Below are positions 10,643 through 25,600 of a DNA stretch of 64,000 nucleotides, in pieces. Below the pieces are notes generated by a model. The model was not told the DNA's origin and did not search any database. It saw nothing but the letters and a program-made list of their open reading frames with translations. The stretch is from Rhynchopus sp. YZ270_cl-10 (lineage: Eukaryota). The stretch covers positions 2,232,001 through 2,296,000 of the forward strand of contig OZ037833.1 of the NCBI GenBank assembly GCA_964035575.1. The letters are read 5' to 3'. Every line of letters starts with the position of its first letter. The first letter of the stretch is position 1. A program made the translations under genes and the position numbers.

Positions 10643-13600
10643 TTATTCCTCATCCCCACAGTCGGCGACAGAGCCGTCTGTATCCGCCCTGAGACGTGAC
10701 ACACGCTCATCCTCTTCCATGTCCTCAGTGGCCTGTCTCAGCAACATGTTGCTGTGCTGGTTCTCCTTGACCTCTTTACGCAGCCTCATCAACTCGCGTG
10801 ACTGTGAGCTGTTTTTTGCATCCAGTGTCAGTTTCGCATTGCGAGATTGTTCTTCGTTCTTCTCCATCTCCTTTATCTTTCTTTTCAATGATTCCAATTC
10901 CTTGTCCTGTGGGCAGCAAAGAGATGGGGATGGGGAGTGTGAAAATGTATATTTACAACAAAAAAATAAAAAAACACGCGCACACAAAACATAAAACCTA
11001 GTTGAAACGTACTAAAACACAGCTCGGTCTCGGGGAAAGTATGAATAAAAAAAAATACAAACTACAATACCTTTGCTCTCAGAAGATGAGTATCCTCGTC
11101 CTTCCTCTGAGCCTCCAAGGCAGCCTCCTGGTCCTCGTCGTAGCTTGCTCCTTGCTGGAGACCCATCCCAGAAGACGCCCCACGCAGCAGTGCAGTTGAC
11201 ATTGAAGACGACTGACGCTGGAGACCACCTGCAGACTCCTGGCGGCCGTGCTTGTCAAGCCCCCCTGCAAACGACTCGGACTGGTCCATCAGCAGCGCAG
11301 TCTCCTCACGCTCCAGCTCCTCCTCAAGCTCAGCACCGGCAGCGCGGACAGAGATCTCAAACACACCGGGCACCTTGCACTTGATCTTGCTGAGCTGCTT
11401 CACCACGTCGTCCACAGACCGCACATGTGTGTCGCACACACGCAGCAACACCATGCCCTCGGTGACGCCTGCGTGGTCTGCAGCACCGCCGTGGTGGACA
11501 CCTGCAATGTGCACCAATGCAGGCTTGTCATCACCCTCCTCACACTCCAAGTCCCACCCAAGTGCATCGGACGGCACTGACACAATACCCGTGGCCGCGT
11601 CCACAGTGTGCTCCTCCTCCACGTCTGCGAGTGCAATCCAGCACGGCAGCTCCTGCAGCTCAGCACCCTGCTCCGAGTACACCTTGGCGTTGATGTATGT
11701 GCGCAGACGGCGCATCTTGCGCTTTGCGTAGCGAATGAAGGCAACAATGTGCTTCGCACGCAGGCCCTTGAAGGCGTGCACAGCGTGCACCTCCAGCTCC
11801 TCGTCCTCGTATGCAAGGTACATCACACGCTCGTACAGCATCTCGTGCAGGTCCCCAGATCCGTCCTTGGTTGCTTGCGACAGCTGCTCCGCCTGCTCCA
11901 AGAGCTCCGTAATCTCGTCGACCATGTCCCTCGCCCCCTTTGTCTTCAGCGACAGGCGGAACGCAGACTCCACCTTCTCAAGCGTGGCATCGTCAATCTC
12001 CTCCTGCAGCTCGTCTGAGATGTGTGCTGTCAGCCAGTCGCACACAGCGATCTTGTCCAGGAACATCTTGATCACGTAGCGTAGGTTTCCAACATGCAGT
12101 GCGTTGAACATCCCCGGGTGCTGCTGCAGGATTGGTGTCACCATGTGGTCTGTGTATGTCTTCGTCAGCACAGACCCAAGTGTCTCGTCGCCACGCAGCT
12201 TCTTGTCGTTGAAGACCTCAACAAGCACATCCAGGATAATTGTGTTCTGCTCCTCTGTGAACATCCTTGTTGTCCGGTGCAGTGTCGCCATGTCGTGCTC
12301 CTTCACAGCGCGTGCGTGTCTGCTGCTCTGAAGGGCAAGTGCCTCTCTTGCAGCCTGCTCCTTCACCCCAGAGGTTTCCTCCTTCTCTTCGTTGCTGAAG
12401 CGGAAGTCCTGTGTGTGGTGTTGGGATGGGTTGTGTTGGGCTTAGGGAAGTGGTAGGTGGTACGCTGAAAACAGGGAAAACAAGAATTGGGAACTGGGAA
12501 TTAGGAATTGGGGTATGTGGTGTTTGAAATCAGTTCTGGGTAATTCCTGTGCGGAATATTGCCCATGTGTGTAGTGTGTAGTGCGTGGTGGGTGGAGCAA
12601 CATACCGGCAAGTAAGCGTTTGTGAGCTTCGGGATAATCAGACCAGATGCGTAGGAAATCTCCTTCTCAATGCCTCCCCAGTTAATCTGCAATGCAACAA
12701 AATGTGAAGTTAATTAGAAGATGTTCATAAACATTGCAAGATGTAAAAACAAAGATGCTTAAGAACCCCAGCACAGAAAGAACACAAAGAAACCACATAC
12801 CTTGCCGTGCTCGTCCACGTGCGAACGGCACACTTCTGCCAGACCCTTGTGCTCACGCAACATCAGGTCAGGCTTCGACGGGTTCAGGTTCCCTGGGTCC
12901 ACGTCCCCAATTTGCACACCCGTGTATTCCTGCAGGATGCTCTGGCACTCGTTGTACTGTAGAGAGAGGGGGGGAAGAGAGATTGGATGAGATGAACAGG
13001 AGAAAAAGCAGAATGAATAAAAATAGACACAGAATAAAGATATCACCAAACAACGACAAAGCCGAACACATACCTTGTCTGTGAGCGAAAGCAGCGCAGC
13101 CTTGATCAAGTTCTTGTGCTCACCATCACCATCAGTGGGCATGGTAATCCAAAAGTCAAGGGTGTCGGGAAGACCTGCAGCACCAATCTGCTCCTCAGTC
13201 TCACTCATCTCAATGTTGATTCCACCCTCCTCGCACTCAAAGTCAATGGGCCCAACCTTGTCACGGAACTGGTTCCACTTCGTTTTGATCGAGTGGAGCT
13301 GCTCAGATGCCATGCGGTACTGCGACGGTGGTGTGTGCTGGCGGAACAGACCGAGCACAGACACCAAGGGCGTGCGCACCTCCTCGCCAGTGTCGCCAGT
13401 GCTCATGGCGGGAAGGATGTACGACAGCATGCGGTGCACACGCATCGAGAAGCTGTACACCTCGCAGATCAGCGGGGCAAGCAGAGAGAGCTTGTCCTTG
13501 TGGTGGCGTGTCATCGCCAGCAGCTTCGGCAGCTCCTGTGCAGGCATGCGCTCCAGCTCAGAGTACACCTCCTCGCTCCTGCTCAGGTTGCGCGGCTTCT

Positions 13601-16600
13601 GGCCTGTGAAGCGCGACAGGTCTGCGTTCGTGTGGCAATCCTTGCCCTCCTGCTGGGGCTCGCTGTTCTTCTTCTTCGCCCCGCTCTTCGAGCAGGCCAG
13701 GTCCCACAGGTTCTGCACCTCGCGTTCGGCCTGCAGCGCCTCGTCGCGAGTCTTGTTTGCCACACGGCGGAGCACGTCGTTCTTTTTGTCAATGCCACCT
13801 CCGTCCGCAAAGCGCGACAGCAGCAGTGCAAACGTTGCCTGGGCCTCGTCAATCGTGATCCCGGTGTGCGCCCCCATGTGCAGGTGGTACGCAATCGAAC
13901 GCTCTGCGAACTGCGTTGCCAGGTGCTGGTAGTCCGTCAGGGCACGCTGGTAGGCGTGGGCGCGCTGCTTGATGGTCGCTGACACAAGCCAGCTGTCGCA
14001 TGTGTCCCACGAGTCCTGCCTGAAGAGGGCAAGCTGCAGGGACCACCCTCCAAAGGTGATGCACCACAGCAGGTAGCACGCACCTGCAGACAGCACCTGC
14101 TGCCCACGCGCGTACGCCGTCAGGTCGCCGTTCAGGTCCAGCTGGGTCACACAGTCGATCTTGTAGCCACCGCCGTGCGACACGTCGCCTCCAGTCTTGT
14201 CCCCAGGAATGAAGTTCTTCCTCTGGGCGTTGATGTTGTAGAAGTAGCTCCCAATGAGCGTGTCGGGGTCCGACGACGCCACACACAGCGCAGTCATGAT
14301 GATCTCGCTCCACCCGTCCTTCGACCCGCGCATGAGCGAGTCAATGAGGTCGAGCTCCTCGCCCTTGTTTCTGTCCTTGAGCACCGCCCTGTCCAGGAGG
14401 AAGTGCAGCACGCGCTGCTGCTTCGAGTCCAGCTGCATCAGTGTCTGCAGCTCGCTCTCGTACGCCAGCTCCTTGGCAAACTCACTCGACATGCACGACG
14501 CAAAGAACACCTTGTACACGGCGTAGAAGAGCACAAGCCTCTTCTGCTGCAGTGTCAGGTCGCTGCTCCAGCCCTTGATCTCGTCCATCACCTGCTTCGT
14601 TGCGTCAGTCGTGCGTGCGTCCGTGCACTCTGTCAGCTTCCTTGTCAGCACCATGTACGGCAGGAACTGTGGTGCAGACGGCTCCGAGATGAACGGGAGG
14701 TCGCCAGGCCCGGTCGAGAGAGGCGAGCTGTTCTGGCACTTCAGCTTCATCCCCTCCCCGCACACAACCACCAGCGCCCCAATGTGCGGCTCCGCCTTCC
14801 CAGCCTTCTTCCCAGCCTTCCCTGTGTCAAGCGGCACCTGGTCCTGCAGGTACGTCAACACCGCCTGCTTCCCCATCCCGCGGAACACACCCACACCCGC
14901 CTCCATCGTGTGGATCAGCACCATTGCGTTGTACTCGCAGTCCGGGTCTGGCCACTGTTGCGACAGCTTCAGGTTCTCCGACGAGTGGTATGCCGGACAC
15001 TTGAGGCCCTTCGGCTGGGTCAGCTCCCTGGCCACCTCGGACACAAGCGCCACCTTGGCCTCGTTCTCCATGAGTGTGGGCTGCCACGCCGTCGCCTCGC
15101 CCACAGGGCGCTGGAAGGCACAGGCCAGGTACTGCAGGAAGGCAATCTCGGACACACGCAGCAGCACCTTCCGTGCCAGAGCCACACCCACATCCTCGCC
15201 TGCAGGCGCCACCTTCAGATCCTTCCAGATCCGTGCCACGCCTTCCCACCCGGACACGTTAATCAGCTCCCCGCCGATACCCACAAGCATGTCGTAGTAC
15301 ACATCGTACAACGCCACGTACACGGGGCTCTCGTGCACAGCAATGTTCTTCGACAGCTTTCCGGGGCGCTTCCCGTCCGGCGTGCTGCACGGGGGGTGGA
15401 ACTTTGCCTCTGCCGCCTGCGCCGCCTTCACGCCGCGTGGTGCTGCAGCTACCATGAGCATCGCCGGCATCTCCGTCCGCAGGGACTCCTTTGGCGCCGG
15501 CAGCAGCAGCTGCACGATACGCGCACACATTGCACGCTCAATCTTCCGCCCCGCAATGCGCTCCAGGATGAACGGCACCAGCGTGCCCGTGTGCTTCTCA
15601 CCCGTTTGCTGGTGCAGCTTCGCCAGCTCCAGCACCACCCGTGGGGTTGTTGCAGGGAACTTGTCGAGGACCGACGCAAGCTTCCCCATGTCCAGCGCAA
15701 GTGGCGCCTTGACGGCCTGGCATGCGAGGTTCAGCGACACAGCAGCCGCCACAAGAGCCGGGCTGCTATCCTTCTCCTTCAGGAGTCCCGCAATGACGCC
15801 CAGGGCAGGCAGACAGCGGCTCTCGGCATACGCCTCGCGTGTCGCACGCCGCAGCATCGACGCACATGCCGTGCAGAAGTGCGCAAGCTCCTCCTTGTCC
15901 TTCGCCGTCTTGAAGGACTCCAGCAGCAGCAGCGGGCCCAGCTCGTGCGACACCCACGACCCCTTCACGGACGTGCTCTTCACAACAAACTTGTCGACTG
16001 CGCTTGCCGTCAGCACATCCATCGCCGCCAGAGGCACCATCGCAAGCACAAAGTCGTCAATCGCCGCAGCCTCCACACAGCACAGCGACCGCACACTCCA
16101 CACCGTCTCCGGCTCCTTCTTCCCAAACACCTCTGCGTGCAGCCCACGTGCCAGCTGGAACACACACGGCACAACCTGGCGCACCACGTTCGCCTCGTTG
16201 TACTTGACACGCGCACGGATGCAGTCCTCAAAGAAGGCCAGCACAGTGTCCTGGTTCTGGTGCACAAGCTCCACCAGGGAGCCCACAATTGTCCCCCCGT
16301 GCTTCTCCCGCAGGGCCACAGCCTCCGCCCTCGCATCCACCGCAGCCGCAGGCACAGGCAGTGAGTCCATCAGACACGACGACCCCGGGAGGGACGGTTT
16401 CGTGGCACGCACGTTCAGCGTCGGCATCGTGGTCACCTTCAGGTGGCGCAGGTGGTGGAACGTCGTCTCCCCAGCCGCAATCTCAAGCGCCTTTGCAATG
16501 ATCTGGTCCGACTGTTCCAGCAGCGCTTCCCCGCCCGCCTTCTGCTGCAGGTACAGCAGCGCCGACGCGTTTCTGTCGTCCATCAGGAACCGCAGGGCAA

Positions 16601-19600
16601 ACATGAGGAGCGCCACAGGCGCCTTCTCCTTCTCCTCCACAAGACGGTGCGGCAGCGACTGCGCCTTCTCCTGTGCAGCCACGTCGCGTGCCATCTCCAC
16701 CAGCTCCATGTGCGACGGGATGCGCTCCTTGTACAGACGCACCAGCGCACGGCGCAGGTAGCGGCAGCACCCCAGCAGTTTGTGTGCCACCTCCACCTGC
16801 TCCCCCAGCGCACACTTCATGTCGTACACTGCTGCAGCCGGGTCGCCGACCTCAAGCTGCGCCCACTTCTTCGAGGCCTCAATCTGCGCCCCCATCAGCG
16901 AGTGCATCGCAGTGTCCACCATCGGCTCAATGTCCTTCCACTCCGGGGGCTCCTGGCTTGGGAGGCGCCCAATCACAGCGGGCTCCACGTACTCAATCAT
17001 GTTCACCCCCAGATGCTCCCCAGACACGTCGATGCACAGCTGGTCCCACCCAGTCCCGAACAGCGGTGTGCATGCGTTTGCCCCAGTCATGCTCAGCGAC
17101 TGGTACGCCTGCAGCACCACAACAGCCTTGTTCGTCAGCTGCTCCTTCTCCTTCTCCTTCAGCTCCGGCGTCGAGTCAAGCATCAACCGCACCTCACGTG
17201 CAGCAGGGCTCCCCAGCACGTCCGGGCCAATGACCATCACAAACACCTTGGCACTTGGGTCCAGGCAGAAGTGGTACAGTGCATCGTGCAGGTCATCCTG
17301 CCCCCTCTCCGAGTCCATGAGGTGGTCGATCGAGCGGTGGCGCACACCCGGGAGCTTGTCCAGAATGCTGGGGAAGTCCACGTTTGCCGGCGAATACACA
17401 ACAGACTTCAGCCACAGCTTTTCGGCAGTCTTGGCCGACACCTGCATCTGCAGGTCTGCCATGTAGCCCGACAGCGACCAGGGGGCCAAGTCACGGAAGT
17501 ATGCACGCAGGTAGGCTGCCGCATACTCCTTCAGCACACGCTGTCCCAAGAGCATGTGATCCAGCTGGCACACCTGCAGCATCTTGCACGCCATCTTGCG
17601 CCAGCGCGCCTGCTTCTTGTTCGCCCCAAAGATGAAGTGCTGCAGCGCCTCGTCCGAGGTGATGCGCCGCGAGATGACCACCGGCTGCAGTTTCATCCCG
17701 TCAATTGCCTCAAGCATCAGCGACCCAATCGTCTCCTTCGCAGACGCGGTGAACAGCGCACACCCACGCGCCAGCGACAGCGAGCTCTCCAGCTGCTCCG
17801 CCTTCTGGCGCAGCTCACGAAGCTCTGCAGCCTGGTCCGGGTACATGCGCTCGTCGTGCATCCTGTACTGCACAATGTCCTCCACAGACAGCGTGAACTT
17901 CTCAAGACGGTTCAGGAACGGCGAGGGAAGCACATCCCCCATGCCCCCCAGCTCCTTCTTCGTCACGTGCACAATGCACTGGAAGTTGCGGTGCACCTGC
18001 TTGTACTCCAGGGCCGCACCAATCGCAATGGGCACAAAGTGGTTCACCTCGTTGTTCCCCGAGCACGACACCACGTAGTTCTGGTTAAACACGTCAAACA
18101 GGCACGCATCAATCTCGCGCGTGTTTGTCAACCACACGGTCTTCCCCGTCTCCATAGCAGCCACAATCTGCGACACCACCGTCACCGGCATCAGCTTGTC
18201 CCCCTGCGACAGTGCAGACAGCGAGAGCACAGAGATGTCCTTGAAGGACGGGATCTCCATCTGCTTCAGCAGCTGCAGCATCGACCCGTCGTCGGTGGTG
18301 TCCACAATGAGCTTGAACCGCACCCACATGTCGTTCAGGTTCTTCCCGGACGCCCCGTCCGTCGCACGGTTGTTGTCTGCAATCGAGTCGAGAATTGTCT
18401 CCAGGTTCGGGCGCAGCAGCGTTTTGAGGGCCGCAGCCGAGTACTGCGCACCCGCCGCCGCCTCCAGGGCAGCGCCGTACACACGCAGCACCTTGTCAAA
18501 GTACTCGTGCGGACCGTTCATGTTCCGCTGCAGCGCACGTGCCACCACAAGCGGGTTCAGGTTGATGTTTGTGTCCCCCACAAGGCGCCCCGCCATCTCC
18601 TGGTTCCGCCGGATGTACCTCATCAAGTGGAACAGGTCGCGCAGGCCGTACCACCAGCGGCACTCTGCGTGTCCGTCGTACCCGGGGATCTCCTTCCCGT
18701 CCTTGTCCAGCTTCGGCGGCGGCACAAGCGTGTGGAACGCGTTGCACAGAACAGGGATCACCTTCTGCCCCTCGGGGCTCAGCCCCGCCATTCCCTGGTT
18801 GTGCAGGATGCCTGCACACATGTTCGTCAGCTCCTGCGGCTCGGGCTCGGCCATGTACACCACAATGCAGCGGTTTCCAATGGCTGGGTCGAGGGTCGCG
18901 TTCGTCATGAGCACAGAGGCCAGGTTCGCCCCCTCGAGGTAGTAGTGCAGCACCTTGAGGGCCCACTTGTGGCCGTCCCCCTCACCACGCACAAGCCCCG
19001 CCTCGTCCACAAAGAGCAGCGCACGCTTGTTCTTCGCCCCAGCCTCATCGTTCTCAGTCTGTTTCTGGTGTGCCTCCTCACACTTCTTCTTGATCTCCTC
19101 CGCAGACGACTGTGCCGACCCCTGGTACCGGCAGATGTGCGAGATGTGGCAGAAGTCCTGCCAGAAGTTCCCTGTTCCAGTCATGTTGTCGCGGATGATG
19201 TTGTTCGACAGTGTCTTCGACGTTCCCGGTGCGCCCTCCAGAATCACCGCCAGGCGGATGTGGAAGCACACCATCTGCACAAACAGGTTCTCCATCAGCC
19301 CCTGGTGCGCGTACACAGCCTCGGGCAGGTGCAGGTGGTCCTTGTGGCAGAAGTGCGACACCGCCTTCTTAACAATCGCCGCAAACGTCACCTCCTGTGC
19401 CATGGGCTTGATGTTCCCGCGGTCGCCCTCAACTGGCACGTGCGCCGGGTCCTTGCTCTCCACCGCAAGCTGCTCGAGCTTCTCCGTCAGCTTCGTCGAC
19501 AGCTGTGCACGGTCGTCCGGCCCAAAGCGGAAGTAGTAGCTCACAGCAATCCCCATGAGCATCGCAGAAAGCGACCTGTTCCACACATCCTCTGTCGACT

Positions 19601-22600
19601 TCCCGTCAAGTGTGAAGTCAAGGCCCTGCTTGAAGAAGTAGTCAAAGAGCTTCATCGTGCGGTGGATGTCACGCTGCGACACCGTCGAACGCTTCTCCTG
19701 CATCTTGATCTGCGCAAACTTGTGCGCATCCAGCAGCAGCTTCGACAGCGCCACAATCTGGTTCGGGCGGATGTCCGCAGAGAACAGGTTGCGCGACTGC
19801 TTGATCAGACGCATCACGAACATGTCGCGCTGCCCCTCCGCCAGCTGCTTCCACGGCACCACGTGGTGCATCAGCGACGGCGGCATCGGCGTCACGTCAA
19901 ACCCGAGGGCCCCTGCAGCACCCGAGTTTGTCTTCTCCCCGGCCGCCATGTCCGCAACCCCCTCAAGCGAGGCGTCCTTCTTCGACGGGTTCACTGCCCC
20001 AACAAAGGCAATGTTCTCGGGGATGCGGCCCTGCAGCGGTGGGTATTCGTCCTCCCACTTCGACCAGTAGCGGTCCACAACAATGCGCTTCACAAGCCCA
20101 AGCATCTTCGTCGCGTTCATCTCGTCAATCATAATCATGAAGCGGATGTTTGGGCACTGCACTGCACGCAGCAGCGACGGCAGCATCTGCTCGTACAGCA
20201 TGTCCGTTGTCATGTCGTAGCGCATCAGAATGAACAGTGTCGTTGACTCACGCTTCAGGTCCACCACACGTGCCAGGGTGTTCCCCAGCGCCTCCCCGAG
20301 CGCCTTCGTGTCTGTGCGGCCTCCCGTGTCCGCAAGCTCTGCCAGCAGGTCCGGCGGCACACTCAGAATCGGCGACTTGGACACCTCCTCACGCACCATC
20401 TCCTTCACCAGTCGGCACAGACGGTCAGCCTTCCCCTTCAGCATCGGCACAGCACTGCGTGCCCACGCCTGCATCGCCTCGTACTTGTGCCGGCGGGCCA
20501 GGATCTTCACAAAGTCGTCGTGCACGGAGCCTGCAAGCTCGCGCATCCGCTCCGAGGAGAGACGTGACTCCATCTGCTGCACCATCTCAAGCGACAGGAA
20601 CCCGCCACTCACACGGCTCAGCTCGCGCGTCAGCTCCTCAATCGCAGCACGCAGCGCAGCAATGTCCGCATTCGCATCAAATAGCAGGTTCGCAGACTTC
20701 TTCAGCGACGGCTTCTTGTCGTCGTTGATCACCTTCGCCACGTCTGGGAAGGACATCTCATCCTTGATGCACGGACCCACACACTCCAGCAGCCCCTCGC
20801 GCACGTAGTTCAGACCGTCCTTGTTCTTCCGCTCCACCAGCCTGTCCAGGCAGTCCAGCACGTTCTGGTACGGCTTCACATGCTCCGCACCCCACACAAC
20901 CGCCTTCCCGTTGATGCGCACATCCGACTCGTTGTCAGGGAACATCTGCTTCAGCGGCTTGTTGATGCGCAGGAACACGTTGATGGCACTCTGCAGGTCA
21001 CGGAACCCCTCGCGCTTCAGGTGCGCCGACGGACGCGTCGGCAGGTGCAGAAGCTCAGACAGAATCATGATTGCGTACGACTTCCCTGTCCCTGACGGCC
21101 CCTGCAGAATGGCAGGGTCGTTCAGGTCAATGTGCGTCGACAGCTGGATCAGCTTCTGCAGGAAGTCTGGGATCAGCACATAGCTCTTGTCGCGCAGACA
21201 CCCCACCGCCAGCTTTGTGTCCACCATCAGCTCGTCGCACAGCATCTCCAGGAGACGGTGGAAGGGTGCGTCCCGGCTCGACTTTTCCATCGTTGGGATC
21301 ATCACCCCGTCGCGCGACATCGCACGCAGGTTCCGCTCAATGTCCTGCCACATCTTACCCAGCGCAGTCGCCATATCCGGCGGCAGCTTCCCGGAGAGGA
21401 GCATGTGGTCTGTGTACTTCTTCACGTCACCAGGGTCGCAGATCACGTGGTAGTGGTCGGGGCGCGTGGGTGTCACAAAGTGGCCCATCTCGTGGATGAT
21501 CCCCTCGGCAATCACCAGACACGACGACGTCCCCGACAGGTTCCGTGGGCGGTCCTTGTCGGTCGGCTGGAACTTGCGGAACTTCTTGATTGCGTACTTC
21601 AGCGCACGTGTGATGAAGCGTGCCGACAGCGGCTCAAGCGACTCCTTGAATGCTGCGTACTCCTCCGAGTCCTGCTCAGGCGCCTTGTTCAGCCCAAGGG
21701 CCAGCATGCGCACCAGCACGTCGTCCTCAATCCGCTTCAGGGGCGGGATGTACTCACGCAGGAACTTCAGCATCGCCGGGGCATCGTGGTGGTGGCTCGA
21801 GTTGTATGGGTACAGCTTCCCGCGCTCCGCAATACCCTGGCACGCCAGGATTGTGATGTCCGAGCTCCCGTCCGACCGGATCCACGGCGGGTTCACGTCG
21901 TGTCCCACCTCCTTCTCAGGCGGACGCTGCAGCTCCACCACCAGATGCCAGCCCTTTGGCGGGAGCGACGCCGACAGCCCGGAGTTGCTCTGGATGCGCC
22001 CGAAGAAGATGAGCGAGTCGAGCACCTGGTTCACAAGGCCCGGCTCTGTGTCATGACCGATGTGCACGTACAGCAGCCCCTCCTGCCTCCGCAGCGGGCC
22101 CATCAGACGCCGGCACACCTCACACAGCGACTCTGTCGTCGAGTCCAGGTCCAGACGCGTCGGCGTCACACCCTTCCCCCACGTCCCCTTCGCGGTTTCA
22201 AACTCAATCGCAAAGGTCTTCCCCATCCCCGCCTCCTGTGCGTAGTACGTGATCGACTTGAACTTGTTGAGTGTCATCGCACGCTGCAGGGCCCACTTCT
22301 TCCACCGCATGTCGCACATCGAATCCACACTCTCAATTGTCTCGTCAGTCCCGTCCCCACCCGTCACAATCGCAAGCATCTCCTTGTCCTTCGACTCGTT
22401 CCCCTCAATGCACGCACGCACAAGGTTCCGTGACTCCGAGTTCAGTGCCTGCAGGTTTAGCACAACCATACGCCCTGTCTTCAGGTGTCTGAAGAGCGTC
22501 ACAAACGCAGTCGCATCCTCCTCCAACGTGCTCTCCGTGCAGTCCAGCACGTGGTACGGGCGCACGTCACCCTCAAACAGACTCAGCCCAAACAGCTTCC

Positions 22601-25600
22601 TGTCTGCCATGGGGATCCGGCTGGTGTCCACGATCGCCCCCTCCACGGTGTGTCCCACCATCACTCCGTACCGTGCCACCTTCTTGTCGTAGTTATTCAC
22701 ACTGCGTGGGTCCACGGCAGCTCCCTTCACCTCAAACAGCAGCTGTCCAATGCGCTGCAGCTGCACAAGCGCACTCTCCCGCACGGCTGTCTGTGCCTCC
22801 GCCGCAGACGCCCAGTCCACACGCAGCTCAATCCCGCTGTCCGAGCCCTTTGCCGCCGCCACCAAGGCACGGCGCAGGTCCGGGCCCTTCACCCAGATGT
22901 CGCACGCCTTGTTGATGATGTGGCAGCCAGCAAGCTCGTCTGCCGTCATCATGTCCGCGTCCAGCTCCGTTGCACTCACAGAGTGGATGTGCGTCTCAAT
23001 GTTCACCATCGGCATCAGCTTCGGCACACGGTGGTCCACCTCCGCGGCTGCGTCCCAACCCGTCCCGAACTCGGCCTTCGTCCAGCACAGCCCACGCGAG
23101 TCCTGCCTCAGCATGCTCTCTGACTGGAACGCTGCCACCCGGATGCGCGTGTCAGAGCTCCACGAGCTTCCGCTGCCCCAATGCCACGACGTGCAGCAGT
23201 GCGGGAGCTCCTCTGGGTTCGACGAGCTGTAGTACGCCTTCACCGCCCCCGAGGTGTCGTTAGCACATCCGATGTCCGTCACCACCCAGCGACGCACCGC
23301 CTTGCTCCAGAAGAGCGCGTGCGTGCTGTTCGCGTACCACACCTTCCCGCCCTGCTGTGTCGTCTGCAGCTTCATCAGTCCACCGGGCTGCACAGGCGTC
23401 ACAATGCGGATCACCTGCGGCACGCTGCTGAACCCGCGCACGGTCGTCCACTTCAGACTGCGGGTGCCAAGCTCCACGTTCCCGTCCGTCGCAGACGAGA
23501 ATGCCACCGGCCTGTCCACGGGGTCGGACACACACCACCTCCCGTTCCAGTGGAAGAGCTGGTACTTGTTGTCCTTGCGCACGTACGTCGGTACACCGCG
23601 CTCGTACAGACCGTCCGCAGGGCCCACCGGCGGCACACCCTTCGCACCTGCCCGCATCGGCGGCAGCTTCGGGTCGCGTGTCCCGCGGATCACCACTGCA
23701 GGCGACCCGTTCACCGCAGACGCCTCCTCTGCCTGCAGCGTCACCTCGGTCGCCTCTGCCGTCCCGTCAAACAGCACGTACGGCACAAGAGGGCCCTCCG
23801 CACGCGGGAAGTCCTGCAGCGTTGCTGTGTGCACCAGACGCTCCCCGTTGCGGATCACGTCCACAGTCCCCTCCCCAAGGTCCACCGTGAACTGGTAGAT
23901 CACAAGCTGGTCGAGAGGACGCACCCCCGCCTCCTTCGCCACCTTCCCTGTCGCAGCCACGGTTCCCGGCTCCTGCAGGTTGTACACGCTTCCGTTGTCA
24001 AGAATGGTCATCCCGAAGAACGAGTGTCCCTCCTTCACCTTCTCCTTCAAGTCGACCCCAGGGGGCGCAAGTCCGATGTACACCTTGTCCGTCTTCTCGC
24101 GTGCCTTCAGCCCCACCTGGAACTTGTGTGGGCCGGGGCCGCGGAACACAGTGGACCCGATGGCTCCTGCAATGGTGGCAGTGGACTTCTTCGAAACGGT
24201 CTTCCCGTTGTTCGTGATCTTGATGTCCTTCGTGTCAATGCGGTCCTCGTTCCACGTCAGCACCTCTGTGATGGGCGCCCCGTTGCACAGTGTCGCTGTG
24301 GCCGCACGCTCCTTCAGGTACACACACGGACGCAGGTCACTCACATCCACTTCGGTGAACATAGCCCCCAGCTCCACGTCGTTCAGCTTGAACGAAATGC
24401 GCTTCTGCTTGCGCGAGTGCGACACTGTGATGACATCCCCAGACTTGAAGGGCTTCGTCAGGGACACGTCACGGCCGTTGTGGCGCAGCACACCCCCACG
24501 CAGGTACCAGAACGCGAGGCCCTTGTTGCGCTCGCCGTCGGCCTCGGAGCTCTTGAAGTCGATGTTCGGCCTGCACAGACCCACACGCGCACCCTGCACA
24601 TCACCCTCAAGAAGGATACGCCAGGTGCATGCAATACCAGGTGCACCCGAGAACGCAATCGACGGCGCCAGGCCGCGCATCTTCGTGATGCTGCGCCCGT
24701 TCGCGGAGATGTCCATCTGAGATGGGGCCGACGCAGCACCCCACACCCACGGGCTCTGCACCTCAACAATAAAGCCGTCCTTCACGTTCTTCTTTGCGCC
24801 CCCAGACGACCCAGAGTTCTTGAAGAACTCCATGATCTCCTTGTTCCCCTTCAGCTCGTCCCCCTCTGCCGTCGTCACACTTGTCAGCTTCATCCCACGC
24901 TCAAACCCAAGTGCCCCCCAGAACGAATACAGGTCCACAGCACCAATGAACAGACTTCTCCCTGTCGGCGACTCCGACACCTCCAGCACCGGCACCTTCG
25001 TCCCGTCGGGTGCCTGCACACGCACCTGCTGCAGCAGCGGACGTGTGTCCGATGACCAGTTCCTGTGCACCGCGTGTGCCCCGTCAATCTGCACGCGCAC
25101 TGCACTCGGCGTGTTGCTCAGCAGCCCATACTGGTCCGGCTCCACCCATCCGTCCATGGCCCACGGCTCCAGCGACCCGTCGTGCTCCGAACACGACGCA
25201 AGCAGTTGGTGCCCGTCAAACGCAGCCTTCGAGTACACAGCCCACCCGTTCGACACAGGGACCAGCGTTGCCCCGTCCACACGTGCGTACGTGTACAGCC
25301 CCCTCCTGTACTCCCCATCGGCCTCCCCACACCCCATCAGCTTCAGCGGGTTCGGGTCCTCCGGCAGCGGCGTACGTTGTGGCAGACGCACCGCCAGACA
25401 CGGCGTCATCTGCGGACACATCTCCTGCACCTGCTGGTTCGCCGTCTCCTGTGTTTCGTTCATCACAGCCGACACCTGCTGGCCACGCCGGGTCGGCCGC
25501 GACCGTGTCTCACGCCACGGCATCACCATGCGGCCTGCCTCCTCTTTCGTCAGGTCACCAGTCGAACTCACCCCACGCATCAGCTCTGCCATGCGCACCA

